Below are positions 48,959 to 58,929 of a DNA stretch of 64,000 bases, piece by piece. This DNA is from Flavobacterium sp. Its GTDB lineage: Bacteria > Bacteroidota > Bacteroidia > Flavobacteriales > Flavobacteriaceae. The first letter of the stretch is position 1; the number at the start of each line of letters is the position of its first letter. Under the pieces are notes generated by a model. That model saw only the letters and a list, made by a program, of their open reading frames with translations. It was not told the origin of the DNA and did no database searches. A program made the translations under genes and the position numbers. The stretch spans positions 5,317 to 69,316 of the forward strand of contig JAYVIK010000208.1 of assembly GCA_043770265.1 (NCBI GenBank), given 5' to 3'.

Positions 48959-50998
48959 CTATTTACTTTCTTCGATATATTTTAGAATTTCCTTGCTCAC
49001 ATTTTCGCTAGTAAATCCAAATTTTTGATCTAAAACGCTTGCTGGTGCTGAATAACCAAAATGGTCTAATCCAATCACTTTTCCGCTATCACCAATCAAT
49101 CCTTCTAAGTTTACAGGAAGTCCAGCTGTAAGTCCGAAAACTAATTTTCCTTTAGGAATGACACTTTCTTGATAGGCTGCAGACTGTTGTTTGAATAATC
49201 CTTCAGAGATGATAGAAGCCACATTCACTTTCAAATTATTGTCTTTTTCTAAAATTGCAGCAGCTTCGATAAGTGTAGAAACTTCTGAGCCATTGGCGAA
49301 TAAAGTAATCTCAGCATCTGGAGTAGATTTTACTAAATAACCTCCTTTTTTGGCTCCTGTAGCCTCTTCAAATCTTGAAGTTCCAGTTGCAGGAATGTCT
49401 TTAATGTTTTGTCTCGAAAGAATTAAAGCCGTTGGTGTGGTTGTGTTTTTCAAAGCCATGTCCCAAGCTACTGAAGTTTCGATAGCGTCAGCTGGACGAA
49501 GTGCTAATAAACTTTGGTGACCTGAATGATTTTTTATTTTTTCCATCAAACGCATTTGAGCTTCTTGCTCAATAGGCTGATGAGTTGGTCCATCTTCACC
49601 CACTCTAAATGAATCGTGAGTCAAAACATATTTTACAGGTAATTCTTGAATAGCTGCTAAACGAATGGCTGGTTTCATATAATCTGAAAACACAAAGAAT
49701 GTTGCTACTACAGGTACAACCCCTCCGTGAAGAGCGATTCCGTTTGCAATAGCGGTCATTGTCAATTCAGCAACACCGGCTTGTAAAAATGCGCCTTTGA
49801 AATTATTTTTTTGAAGAACAGTCGTTTTTTTCAAGAAACCATCTGTCTTGTCACTATTTGATAAATCCGCCGATGAAACGATCATATTTTCAACATTTTC
49901 AGCTAAATATCCTAACACTGCCGAAGAAGCTTCTCTTGTAGCAACATTTGCTTTTTGAACTACTTGACTCAAATCTAAATCTGGAAGAACTCCAGATAAG
50001 AACATTTCCATTTTTGTTGCTAAAACTGGATTTGCCGTTTTCCAATCAGCAATAGTTGCTTTTTTAACAGCAGCATTCGCCACCTTTTTAGCCAATACTT
50101 CTGTATAATAGGCTTGAACTTCTTCGTAAATATCAAAAGAACTTTCTGGATTGGCTCCCAAATTGATTAAAGTTTTTGTAAAGTCTGCTTTAGTATCACC
50201 AATAGGTTTTCCGTGCAATTCACATTCTCCTTCATACATATCACCATTGGCGGTAACGCAACCTTTGCCCATAATGGTTTTGCCAATAATCAACGTTGGT
50301 TTTTCGGTTTCTTCATTGGCATCGTTTAATGCTTTTCTGATTTGTTCGTGGTCATGACCGTCAATAGTGATGACTTTCCAACCCCAAGCTTCATATTTCA
50401 TAGCGGTATTTTCAGAAGTAACTTCGTCTGTCATAGAGGAAAGTTGAACATCATTCGAATCATAGAACATAATAAAATTGTTCAATCCTAAATGTCCTGC
50501 AATACGCCCAACACCCTGTGAAATTTCTTCTTGAACTCCACCATCAGTAATAAAACCGTATATTTTATGTGTAAAAAGACTTTCGAATCTTGCATCTAGA
50601 AATTTGGCAGCAATTGCCGCTCCAACTCCCATTGCGTGTCCTTGTCCTAATGGCCCAGAGGTATTTTCGATTCCTCTAAGTACGTCAACTTCAGGGTGTC
50701 CCGGAGTTATAGAACCCAATTGTCTGAAATTTTGAAGGTCTTCTTTGGTATAATTCCCTAATAAACTATATTGTGCATACATCAACGCAGACAAATGTCC
50801 TGCATCCATAAAGAAACGATCTCTGAAAGGCCAATTCATTTCAGTTGGGTCAAAATTTAAATATTCCGCATATAGAATATGTAAGAAATCAGCCCCTCCC
50901 ATTGCACCTCCGGGATGACCCGAATTTGCCTTTTCTACCATTGATATGGCTAGCGCTCTACTATTATCTGCTGCTAAATTGTCAATTTTTTTGTTCAT
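48959..50998 (-). CDS. tkt: Transketolase
   Basis: SGHPGG, TPGHPE, GPLGQG, HDSFRVGEDGPTHQPIE. Confidence 0.95.
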   Translation of the reverse strand: MNKKIDNLAADNSRALAISMVEKANSGHPGGAMGGADFLHILYAEYLNFDPTEMNWPFRDRFFMDAGHLSALMYAQYSLLGNYTKEDLQNFRQLGSITPGHPEVDVLRGIENTSGPLGQGHAMGVGAAIAAKFLDARFESLFTHKIYGFITDGGVQEEISQGVGRIAGHLGLNNFIMFYDSNDVQLSSMTDEVTSENTAMKYEAWGWKVITIDGHDHEQIRKALNDANEETEKPTLIIGKTIMGKGCVTANGDMYEGECELHGKPIGDTKADFTKTLINLGANPESSFDIYEEVQAYYTEVLAKKVANAAVKKATIADWKTANPVLATKMEMFLSGVLPDLDLSQVVQKANVATREASSAVLGYLAENVENMIVSSADLSNSDKTDGFLKKTTVLQKNNFKGAFLQAGVAELTMTAIANGIALHGGVVPVVATFFVFSDYMKPAIRLAAIQELPVKYVLTHDSFRVGEDGPTHQPIEQEAQMRLMEKIKNHSGHQSLLALRPADAIETSVAWDMALKNTTTPTALILSRQNIKDIPATGTSRFEEATGAKKGGYLVKSTPDAEITLFANGSEVSTLIEAAAILEKDNNLKVNVASIISEGLFKQQSAAYQESVIPKGKLVFGLTAGLPVNLEGLIGDSGKVIGLDHFGYSAPASVLDQKFGFTSENVSKEILKYIEESK

Positions 50999-51297
50999 GT
51001 TGTTTGTGTAGTTTGTGGTTTTTTAATTTCAATTTGGTATGAAAAATTATAATTTAAATCCAATCTAAATTATAATAATTCAAATCTTTCTAATAGAAAT
51101 AATCTATTTTTAAGTTTACAAATTTAAGAAAATTACCTGTTATAAAAAGGATATTACGCATAAATAAATAACGAAAACGGTGCTTTTTATTAAAAATTGA
51201 AAACAAAATGTGTTGATAAAAAATGCCGAAAATATTTAATAAAGTATTCGATTCCCTCGAGCTACATTTTATTGTGAAACCGGGTAAATTTATAACT

Positions 51298-51520
51298 CTT
51301 TGTTTTCTAAGAACTGTTATGTTTTTCTTCAATTTGGCAACAGCCATGCAACAATGCCGACACAATTGGTGGGATTTTGTTATGCCCAACCGTTTTTAAC
51401 TGCTAGCATACCCATTTCGATTTCAGGCTCTTGAACTACTCCAATGCTTTTTTTAGTTGCTATTTCGACAATAGTAATCTTAACAGATGAACTACCTATA
51501 TCAAAACCAATATAATACAT
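51298..51520 (-). pseudogene. FGGY-family carbohydrate kinase (xylulokinase-like) remnant
   Basis: MYYIGFDIGSSSVK...EPEIEMGMLAVKNGWA*QNP; TAA at 51380-51382 replaces E of WAEQ; then a frameshift and truncation; 3' end approximate. Confidence 0.8.
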
Positions 51521-51544
51521 ATCTTTTTTGAGAATTGATTTTAA

Positions 51545-52960
51545 TTACAATGAAAATGTATTGAAAGAATTAGCAGGTAAACTTACCTCAAATTGTTTTG
51601 TACCAATTTTTACTTTTAAATTTCTTGCTTTATACGAAGAGTTTACCGATACTAAAACTGTTTTACCTTCTGGGGTTACAAAAGCAAGAGAATCATCAGT
51701 CAATCCTTTGATTTCTAATTTAGTTGAACCGGGAGTTACAAAATAACTCAGGTGTTTAAAAATGTAAAACTCCGGTGTGTAGGTTACTTTTTTCGTCATT
51801 TTATTGATTACAACTTGGGCGTTTTGCTTCCAACCCCAAGAGCTTTCGCCTGTGCTGTCTAAAATCATATTCCAATACATATATGATTTCACACCTTTAT
51901 CTAAATACGATTTTATAGTTCCAAAAGTGCTTTCGGCATCGTTCCAACTAAAATTTCCATCGCCACAAGGAGTTTCAGTTTGCATCAAATTGAGTTCTGG
52001 ATATTTTTTACCAATTTGATCCACAACATCAAGTCCTTCATATTGCACACCAACTCCCGAGATGTATTTTCTGATTTTTGGATTAGACAAAACCGTTTCG
52101 AAAACTTCTAAATCTCGGCTATTGATGGTGCTAAACCAAATTTGTGCAGGATTTTTGTCTTTGGCAAACTTTGGTCCTAAATAGTCTGAAACAAAATCAC
52201 GCATGGCTGGGGCTGTCCAACTGCAATTTGGCCATTGATTGTAAGTGTAAGGTTCGTTTTGGATATGAACAGCAAAAACATTTACCCCTTCTTTTTGATA
52301 GGCTTGTACGAATTTAGAAAGGTAAAGTGCATAAGCTGTAAGGTATTCCTTTTTTTGAATAAATTGATCAACAGTTTTTACAGCTCTATCTTCTGTAAGG
52401 TCGTTGAAAGTGTTGGGTTTATTTGCATAATGTTTGTTGGTTTTCATCCAAGTTGGAGGACTCCAAGGCGATGCCCAAATTTTTAAATCAGGTCTGTATT
52501 TTAGAGCCGCTTTGATGTAGGGAATAAGAATGGTTTTATCTCTTTCGATGGTGAAGTTTTTCATTTCAAAATCGCCATCAACTTCATTCAGCGAATACCA
52601 ATTGAATGAGTAATCATTAGCACCAATTGGCATCCGACAAAGATTGTATTTCAGACCTTCGTTTGGATCAAAAAATTCCTTGATTACTTTATCTCGCTCC
52701 TTAAACGGCAAAGTGTTCAAAGCCTGCCAACCCAATTCATTGAAACAACCTCCCCAACCATCGATGGTTTGTTGTTTTTTGTCGGTTAGTATTTCAATGT
52801 CATCCGCTGTTGCTGTATTGGCTTCACTTACTTTGATTGCCTCTTTAGTTTTCCAAGGTTGTTTTTCGGTGCTGGAAATCCAGTTTACATTTTGGGAAAA
52901 TCCGTTTACGGCAGTTAAAAAAATAACTGCTAGTTTTATTGCTGTTCTTTTGTTTTTCAT
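51545..52960 (-). CDS. Glycoside hydrolase family 30
   Basis: Signal peptide; GWGGCFNE, RMPIGANDYS, ASPWSPPTWMK, QNEP (acid/base), QTE (nucleophile), YMYWNMIL. Confidence 0.9.
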   Translation of the reverse strand: MKNKRTAIKLAVIFLTAVNGFSQNVNWISSTEKQPWKTKEAIKVSEANTATADDIEILTDKKQQTIDGWGGCFNELGWQALNTLPFKERDKVIKEFFDPNEGLKYNLCRMPIGANDYSFNWYSLNEVDGDFEMKNFTIERDKTILIPYIKAALKYRPDLKIWASPWSPPTWMKTNKHYANKPNTFNDLTEDRAVKTVDQFIQKKEYLTAYALYLSKFVQAYQKEGVNVFAVHIQNEPYTYNQWPNCSWTAPAMRDFVSDYLGPKFAKDKNPAQIWFSTINSRDLEVFETVLSNPKIRKYISGVGVQYEGLDVVDQIGKKYPELNLMQTETPCGDGNFSWNDAESTFGTIKSYLDKGVKSYMYWNMILDSTGESSWGWKQNAQVVINKMTKKVTYTPEFYIFKHLSYFVTPGSTKLEIKGLTDDSLAFVTPEGKTVLVSVNSSYKARNLKVKIGTKQFEVSLPANSFNTFSL

Positions 52961-53006
52961 TTTTAAGATTATTTAAATTTTGACTATAACTAGGCCAATA
53001 AATGCG

Positions 53007-53999
53007 TTACAATGACTCTCTGAGAATTAACTGGGTTGGCACATACAACTGTAATGGTTCATTTGTCGTAATAAATTCGGCGGATTTTGAACCAAGTGCT
53101 TTAAAATCAGTCGAAACTACCGAAATCCCCTTATAAATAAATTTTTTCATAGGAGTTTCGTTGTACGATAAAAAACCAACATCTTTTCCTGGTTCCAGAT
53201 TTTTTTCTAGACATTGTTCTAAAAATTGTCCCAAAATTCGATCACTAACACTTATGTATGCGGTATTGGTTTGAATGTTGAACGCCTTTGGATTGGTAAT
53301 AATTTTATATTTAAAATCAAAATCTTCACAATATTTTTGAAAAAAATCAACTGTTTCTATCGGATGATTGGTATAACTGGGGTAAACAAAATGAATTTCT
53401 TTGTATTTTTTAAAAGATTCAATAGCGCCAATCAAAGATTTGTAAAATGCCTTTCCGAAATCTTGAAAAACGTAGTTAGTATTTGTGTTTGAATTTACAT
53501 TCCAATCAATAAGTAATAATTTATCATTTGGGATTGCTGATGTCAAAAAAATACTTTCGGTGTGATTAAAATCCATAATTACATATTTATAGTATTTTCC
53601 AATGCTATTATTGATAATGGTTTTGAAATTTTCCAAATGATAATGATGAAATTGCACATCAACTATAAAATTATCAGGTAAATTATTAATGAATGAATGA
53701 TACAAAACTTCTTTGTAGGCTTTGAAAGTATCTAAAACTAAGAGAATTTTTCTAGTCTCGCCCACAACATAATATCCCTTGTTTGGAACTGATTCAATAA
53801 CATTTTGATCTTTCAAAATCGAATATGCTTTAAAAACAGTGTCTTTGGAAAGTTTGTTTTCTTTGCAAATTTTATTGACCGATGGCAATAAATCTCCCTT
53901 ATTTAAAACTTTTTCAGCAATAGCATCGCTTATCGAATTTACCACTTGCTGATACTTCGGGAGGTCACTATCGTGATTAATGATAAAAGTAAATTTCAT
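53007..53999 (-). CDS. GntR-family regulator with a periplasmic-binding-protein-like effector domain
   Basis: PKYQQV, GDLLPSVN, SKDTVFKAY, KGYYV; C-terminal GFLSYNETPMK..ISVVSTDF. Confidence 0.9.
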   Translation of the reverse strand: MKFTFIINHDSDLPKYQQVVNSISDAIAEKVLNKGDLLPSVNKICKENKLSKDTVFKAYSILKDQNVIESVPNKGYYVVGETRKILLVLDTFKAYKEVLYHSFINNLPDNFIVDVQFHHYHLENFKTIINNSIGKYYKYVIMDFNHTESIFLTSAIPNDKLLLIDWNVNSNTNTNYVFQDFGKAFYKSLIGAIESFKKYKEIHFVYPSYTNHPIETVDFFQKYCEDFDFKYKIITNPKAFNIQTNTAYISVSDRILGQFLEQCLEKNLEPGKDVGFLSYNETPMKKFIYKGISVVSTDFKALGSKSAEFITTNEPLQLYVPTQLILRESL

Positions 54000-54393
54000 T
54001 TTTTTACAATTGTATAAACTATTCTGTTCTGTTCTGACAAACTAAAGTAGGCATTATTTTGTATAAAAAATAATTTAAAAAAAATAGTGGTTGTATAGAT
54101 TTAGTCCATCTAGCAATTTGTAAGCAAACGCAACTCATAGACTTGAAATTTACTTGATTTAAAGCAAAGTCTTGAGCCAATTGCCCTAAATACTGATTCG
54201 AGTGTGTTAAAGCCTGAATGCTGAAATCCCGGAGCTGAATTTTTAATTGGTATTAAATAGAAAGTTAATTTTTCGAAATTACCATCATTTATGTAACTAG
54301 GTCAGAGTTAAATTTGTAATTCTAAATTTAACGTATCATAGCTATAAGTTTAGGCTATTAATACAGCATTATTTCAAATATAAAAAACAAGAA

Positions 54394-57066
54394 TTATTCT
54401 TTTTCTTCGACTTCTTCTTTGTTCAAATGCCAGATAATTTCTGCAATTAGTCCTGTCCATCCTGTTTGATGATTGGCGCCTAAGCCTTTACCAGTATCCC
54501 CATCGAAATACTCGAAAAATAAATTATTCTTATTAAAAAGAGGATCTTTTTGGAATTTTTCATATTCACCATACATTGGGATTTTATTTTCAGAGTCCGG
54601 AATAAAAAGATCTAATAATCTCTTTGCAACACCTTTCGAAGCATCTTTAAGATTCATTTTATTTCCAGAATTGGTTGGGAATTCAACTTTAAATTCTTTG
54701 CCGTAGTAGTGGTGAAATTTTTCTAAAGAGTCTAAAATCAAATAATTCATTGGAAACCAAATTGGTCCTCTCCAATTGGAATTGCCACCAAACATATCAC
54801 CTGTGGCTTCGGCTGGTGTATAATCTACTTGAATAATTCCACCATCGTGCTTAAATTTATAAGGATTTTTTTTATGGTATTTTGACATAGAGCGCACCCC
54901 GAAATCAGACAAAAATTCCTCCTCATCAAACATTCGCTTGAGAATCATTTTCATCCTATGCCCTCTAAGCGTTGAGAGTAATCGAGTTTCTCCCTCACCG
55001 TGAACAAACCAACTTGAAACTAAATTAGCCAAGTCTGGACGATTTTTTAAAATCCACTCTACACGACGCTTGAATAAAGGTAGTTTTTCGAGTAAGTCAG
55101 GTGTCAATACTTCGACAGCAAATAATGGAATTAAACCCACCATCGAACGAATTTTCAACAATTCGGCATCGCCATTTGGTTTATGAAGCATATCATAATA
55201 AAACTCATCTTCTTCATCCCAAAGACTGATGTCGTTATCTCCCAAAGATTGCATCGCTCCTGAAATATGAAGAAAATGCTCAAAAAACTTGGATGCCATA
55301 TCCTGATAAACCGGATTTTTGAGCGATATTTCACAAGCGATACGCAACATATTTAAGCAATACATTGCCATCCAACCTGTTCCATCGGCTTGTTCAAGAT
55401 GACCACCTGTTGGCAAATCGCAGGATCTGTCGAAAACTCCAATATTATCCATACCTAGGAATCCACCACCAAAGATATTATTCCCATTTTTATCTTTCAA
55501 ATTGACCCACCAAGTAAAATTGAGCAATAATTTATGAAAAATACGCTCTAAGAAAACTACGTCTCCTACACCTCCATTGGCTTCCTTATCTATTTCATAA
55601 ACTTTCCAGGTTGCCCAAGCATGAACAGGTGGATTTACATCAGAAAATGACCATTCATAAGCTGGAATTTGTCCGTTGGGATGCATATAATATTCCCTAA
55701 GAATGACCAATAGTTGCCTTTTGGCAAAATCTGGATCCAATCTAGCCAAAGGCAAAGTGTGAAAAGCCAAGTCCCAAGCAGCAAACCATGGATATTCCCA
55801 TTTATCGGGCATGGAAAGAATGTTTGAAGTGTATAAATGTTTCCAAGTGCTGTTTCTACCTTCGTTTCGTCCCCTTTCAGGTTTAGGTGTAGATGGGTCA
55901 CCTTTGAGCCATTCATATACATTATAATAATACCATTGTTTGGTCCAAAGCATCCCTGCATACGCTTGCCTTTGGATGGATTTCAATTTTTCGTCGGTTA
56001 CCCCTTTTTGAATTGGAGCATAAAATTCATCCGCTTCTTCAATTCTTTTTTGGAATAAAGCATCAAAATCTGCAAAAGCATCTACAGGATTAGTATTTGT
56101 AAATCGTAGGCGATATTCTTTTTTACCAAGTGCAGGAATGCTATCATCATAATGTACAGAAGCCTTTGTACCAAAGGATTCAGGATTGATGCTACGTCTT
56201 TTTTTATTAATTATATAATCATTAATACCATCTTTTGAAAAGGATGATTGTGCAGGGGCTCCATATAACTTTTCATAATTGGTCTTGTTGTCACAAAACA
56301 AAATATTAATTGCATTTTCTGCATATAAATTAAAATGTCCTACTAATTTGTGATCGACTTCTATATGCGAATTACCAAACCCTTTCAAAGTGGGTTTTTC
56401 CTTGTATTTTTCGTATCCCCAACTCCAAGTATTCCTAAACCAAATCGTTGGCAAAACTGTAATTGGAGCAGCATTTTTAGAACGGTTTTCTACCGTAACT
56501 TTAATTAAAATATCTTGTTCATCAGCCTTAGCATATTCAATAGTAATGTCAAAATACTCGTCATTATCAAAAATACCTGTGTCAATTAATTCGTATTCGG
56601 GTTCAAGACGAGATCGTTTTTTACTTTCTTGAATTAATTTCTCATAAGGAAAAGCCTTTTGTGGATACTTATAAAGCATCTTTTGATAGGAATGTGTGGG
56701 CGTAGAATCCTGATAGTAATAAATTTCTTTGACATCCTCTCCGTGATTGGATTCTGCTGGAGTTAAACCAAAATAGCGCTCTTTCAAGATACGATCTTTA
56801 TGATTCCAAAACGAAAAAGCGAAACAAATGTGTTGTTTATTGTCCGAAATTCCTCCTATACCTTCCTCTCCCCATCTGTATGCTTTAGAGCGAGCCATGT
56901 CGTGGGTTGTGCTTCCCCAGGCATATCCACTTTGAGAATAATCTTCCCTAACGGTTCCCCATTGACGGTCCGTTAAATAAGGCCCCCATTTTTTCCAACC
57001 TTTATTATCTGATCTTAACTTTAATCTTGCTTTTTCTGAATTCATTTCAACGTCTTTTTCTGACAT
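54394..57066 (-). CDS. GH63/MGH1-like glucosidase
   Basis: WGPYLTDRQWGTVREDYS, MPDKWEYPWFAAWDLAFH, NSNWRGPIW, GLGANHQTGWT; start uncertain (57066 or 57045). Confidence 0.88.
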   Translation of the reverse strand: MSEKDVEMNSEKARLKLRSDNKGWKKWGPYLTDRQWGTVREDYSQSGYAWGSTTHDMARSKAYRWGEEGIGGISDNKQHICFAFSFWNHKDRILKERYFGLTPAESNHGEDVKEIYYYQDSTPTHSYQKMLYKYPQKAFPYEKLIQESKKRSRLEPEYELIDTGIFDNDEYFDITIEYAKADEQDILIKVTVENRSKNAAPITVLPTIWFRNTWSWGYEKYKEKPTLKGFGNSHIEVDHKLVGHFNLYAENAINILFCDNKTNYEKLYGAPAQSSFSKDGINDYIINKKRRSINPESFGTKASVHYDDSIPALGKKEYRLRFTNTNPVDAFADFDALFQKRIEEADEFYAPIQKGVTDEKLKSIQRQAYAGMLWTKQWYYYNVYEWLKGDPSTPKPERGRNEGRNSTWKHLYTSNILSMPDKWEYPWFAAWDLAFHTLPLARLDPDFAKRQLLVILREYYMHPNGQIPAYEWSFSDVNPPVHAWATWKVYEIDKEANGGVGDVVFLERIFHKLLLNFTWWVNLKDKNGNNIFGGGFLGMDNIGVFDRSCDLPTGGHLEQADGTGWMAMYCLNMLRIACEISLKNPVYQDMASKFFEHFLHISGAMQSLGDNDISLWDEEDEFYYDMLHKPNGDAELLKIRSMVGLIPLFAVEVLTPDLLEKLPLFKRRVEWILKNRPDLANLVSSWFVHGEGETRLLSTLRGHRMKMILKRMFDEEEFLSDFGVRSMSKYHKKNPYKFKHDGGIIQVDYTPAEATGDMFGGNSNWRGPIWFPMNYLILDSLEKFHHYYGKEFKVEFPTNSGNKMNLKDASKGVAKRLLDLFIPDSENKIPMYGEYEKFQKDPLFNKNNLFFEYFDGDTGKGLGANHQTGWTGLIAEIIWHLNKEEVEEKE

Positions 57067-57422
57067 ACCTTCCTGTTTTTTTCGGTCGTGCAATTTATAT
57101 AAAACGAGTTTAAAAACAACTATAGATTTGGCAAAAATAAAGGGGATAATTAATGAAAAGGAATTTATGAATCGTTTTTGTTATTGGATTTGTAGAATTA
57201 TCACAAACTAGCGATAGATTGTTGTTTGTTTTTGAAAAAAGTAGCTAACACTAATTCAGAATTCCATTTCTACATGAGCTTTAAAAAAGTGCTTCCACTT
57301 TTAGTGATTTTTTTTAATATTCAATACAAATGTAAATCGCTTAAAGTATTTTGTTGTAGTGCTTTTTTATGGTAATTTTGTAACTACATTTTCATTTAAA
57401 TAAAAAAATAAAAAACAAAATT

Positions 57423-57803
57423 ATGGGATTCTTTTCAGCATTAATAGGAAACGCAGGAGCGGTAAGTCAAGAAAGTTTAATCAAAGATTATGGCAAATTA
57501 TTAATTGAAGGCGAAGAAATTGAATTGGGTTTCAAACTCATTCGCGATGTATTTATCTTCACCACCAAGCGTTTAATTTTGGTTGAAAAACAAGGCTTAA
57601 CTGCCAGCAAGATCGAATACAAATCCATTACTTACAAAAGTATCTCCAGATTTAGCGTGGAGACAGCAGGCACTTTCGACTTGGAAGCAGAACTTAAAAT
57701 TTGGGTTTCAAGTGAAACTAGTCCAAGTATCGTGAAACAATTTAACAAATCGGTTAATGTGTATGATGTTCACATGGTTTTGGCGTCGCATGTTTTGGCA
57801 TAA
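57423..57803 (+). CDS. Bacterial PH-domain protein (DUF1696/YvbH-like)
   Basis: FKLIRD.FIFT.KRLI..KQG, FSVETAGTFDLEAELKIW; -7 element TAATTTTG at 57373-57380. Confidence 0.85.
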   Translation: MGFFSALIGNAGAVSQESLIKDYGKLLIEGEEIELGFKLIRDVFIFTTKRLILVEKQGLTASKIEYKSITYKSISRFSVETAGTFDLEAELKIWVSSETSPSIVKQFNKSVNVYDVHMVLASHVLA

Positions 57804-57838
57804 TTAATTGAAATATTTTTCAACCTATCTGAACCATT

Positions 57839-58603
57839 TTATAACTGATTGTAAATAGTCTTAATAATCTCGGCAGCATATTTACTGGATATTTTTTTTA
57901 TAAAAGAAGGAAAGTCAATGTGTGCGGTCTCATCGGCAACGTCTGAAATAGTTCGAATGATACTAAATGGGATTTCATATTCATAACAAACTTGAGCAAC
58001 AGCAGCTCCTTCCATTTCTGCACAAAGTACATTGGGAAGTTGGGAATTGAGGTTGCTTTTTTGTTCATTGGAAGAGAAAAATTGATCTCCGCTGGCAATA
58101 TCGCCACTGAATAATTTTGGTTGCGAAATATTGAATTCCATCAAATCGGATTCTCCAATAACCGAATGCAAACTTTTGTTTTCAAAGACAGCATTTATAG
58201 CTTTTGCAGCAATGTCCAAATGAGACGAATCGCTTTCAAAATAAGTCTTGGAGAGCAAAGGAATTTCATATTGGTTCATCAACGGTCTTGCATCCATATC
58301 ATGTTGAATCAGTCTTTTGCCCAAAACGATGTCGCCAATTTTTAGTTCAGAACTAATGGCACCAGCGACTCCTGTAAAAAGTAATTCAGTGATTTTAAAT
58401 TCGTGAATCAATGTGGTCGCTGTGGTTGCAGCGGCGACTTTGCCCCATCTTGAAAATACAACAACAGTTTCTATTCCATTCAATTGTCCCGAAAAATAGG
58501 TTCGTTTTCCCATAGAATTCGATACACATTCGGTGAGTAAAGCCACAACACCTTCGATTTCTTCAGGCATCGCTCCCATAATTCCAATCCTTCTTTTGCT
58601 CAT
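57839..58603 (-). CDS. mtnN: 5'-methylthioadenosine/S-adenosylhomocysteine nucleosidase
   Basis: IGIMGAMPEE, GKVAAA, FTGVAG, SGDQF, EMEGAAVAQVC, RTISD. Confidence 0.93.
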   Translation of the reverse strand: MSKRRIGIMGAMPEEIEGVVALLTECVSNSMGKRTYFSGQLNGIETVVVFSRWGKVAAATTATTLIHEFKITELLFTGVAGAISSELKIGDIVLGKRLIQHDMDARPLMNQYEIPLLSKTYFESDSSHLDIAAKAINAVFENKSLHSVIGESDLMEFNISQPKLFSGDIASGDQFFSSNEQKSNLNSQLPNVLCAEMEGAAVAQVCYEYEIPFSIIRTISDVADETAHIDFPSFIKKISSKYAAEIIKTIYNQL

Positions 58604-58929
58604 GTATAACTCCCTTTTTTTTAATCAATATACCAATCACAAAGATTATAAAATTATGGAGATAATTTGCATATATTAATATTTTCCACTATTCGTTCGC
58701 AAATATTCTAACGTTTTCAACCCCGATTCTTGTAAATCAATATCTTTCTTTTACTTTTAAATTTGAATTTGGTTGATTTTTCATGATGGCTAACTCATAA
58801 ACTATTGTCATAAGTTGGCTTCTTAAGTCTTTTCCAAATAGACATCTATTATAGTACAATCCACCAAAAGAATCACTATCAATAGCAAAGAACAAACCAA
58901 AACCGTAACTTTGCTTTTTGTCAAAATTT

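Noticed and set aside
51090-51389. 99-aa ORF-track call
   Set aside because: It is the shifted frame of the FGGY kinase remnant running into intergenic DNA
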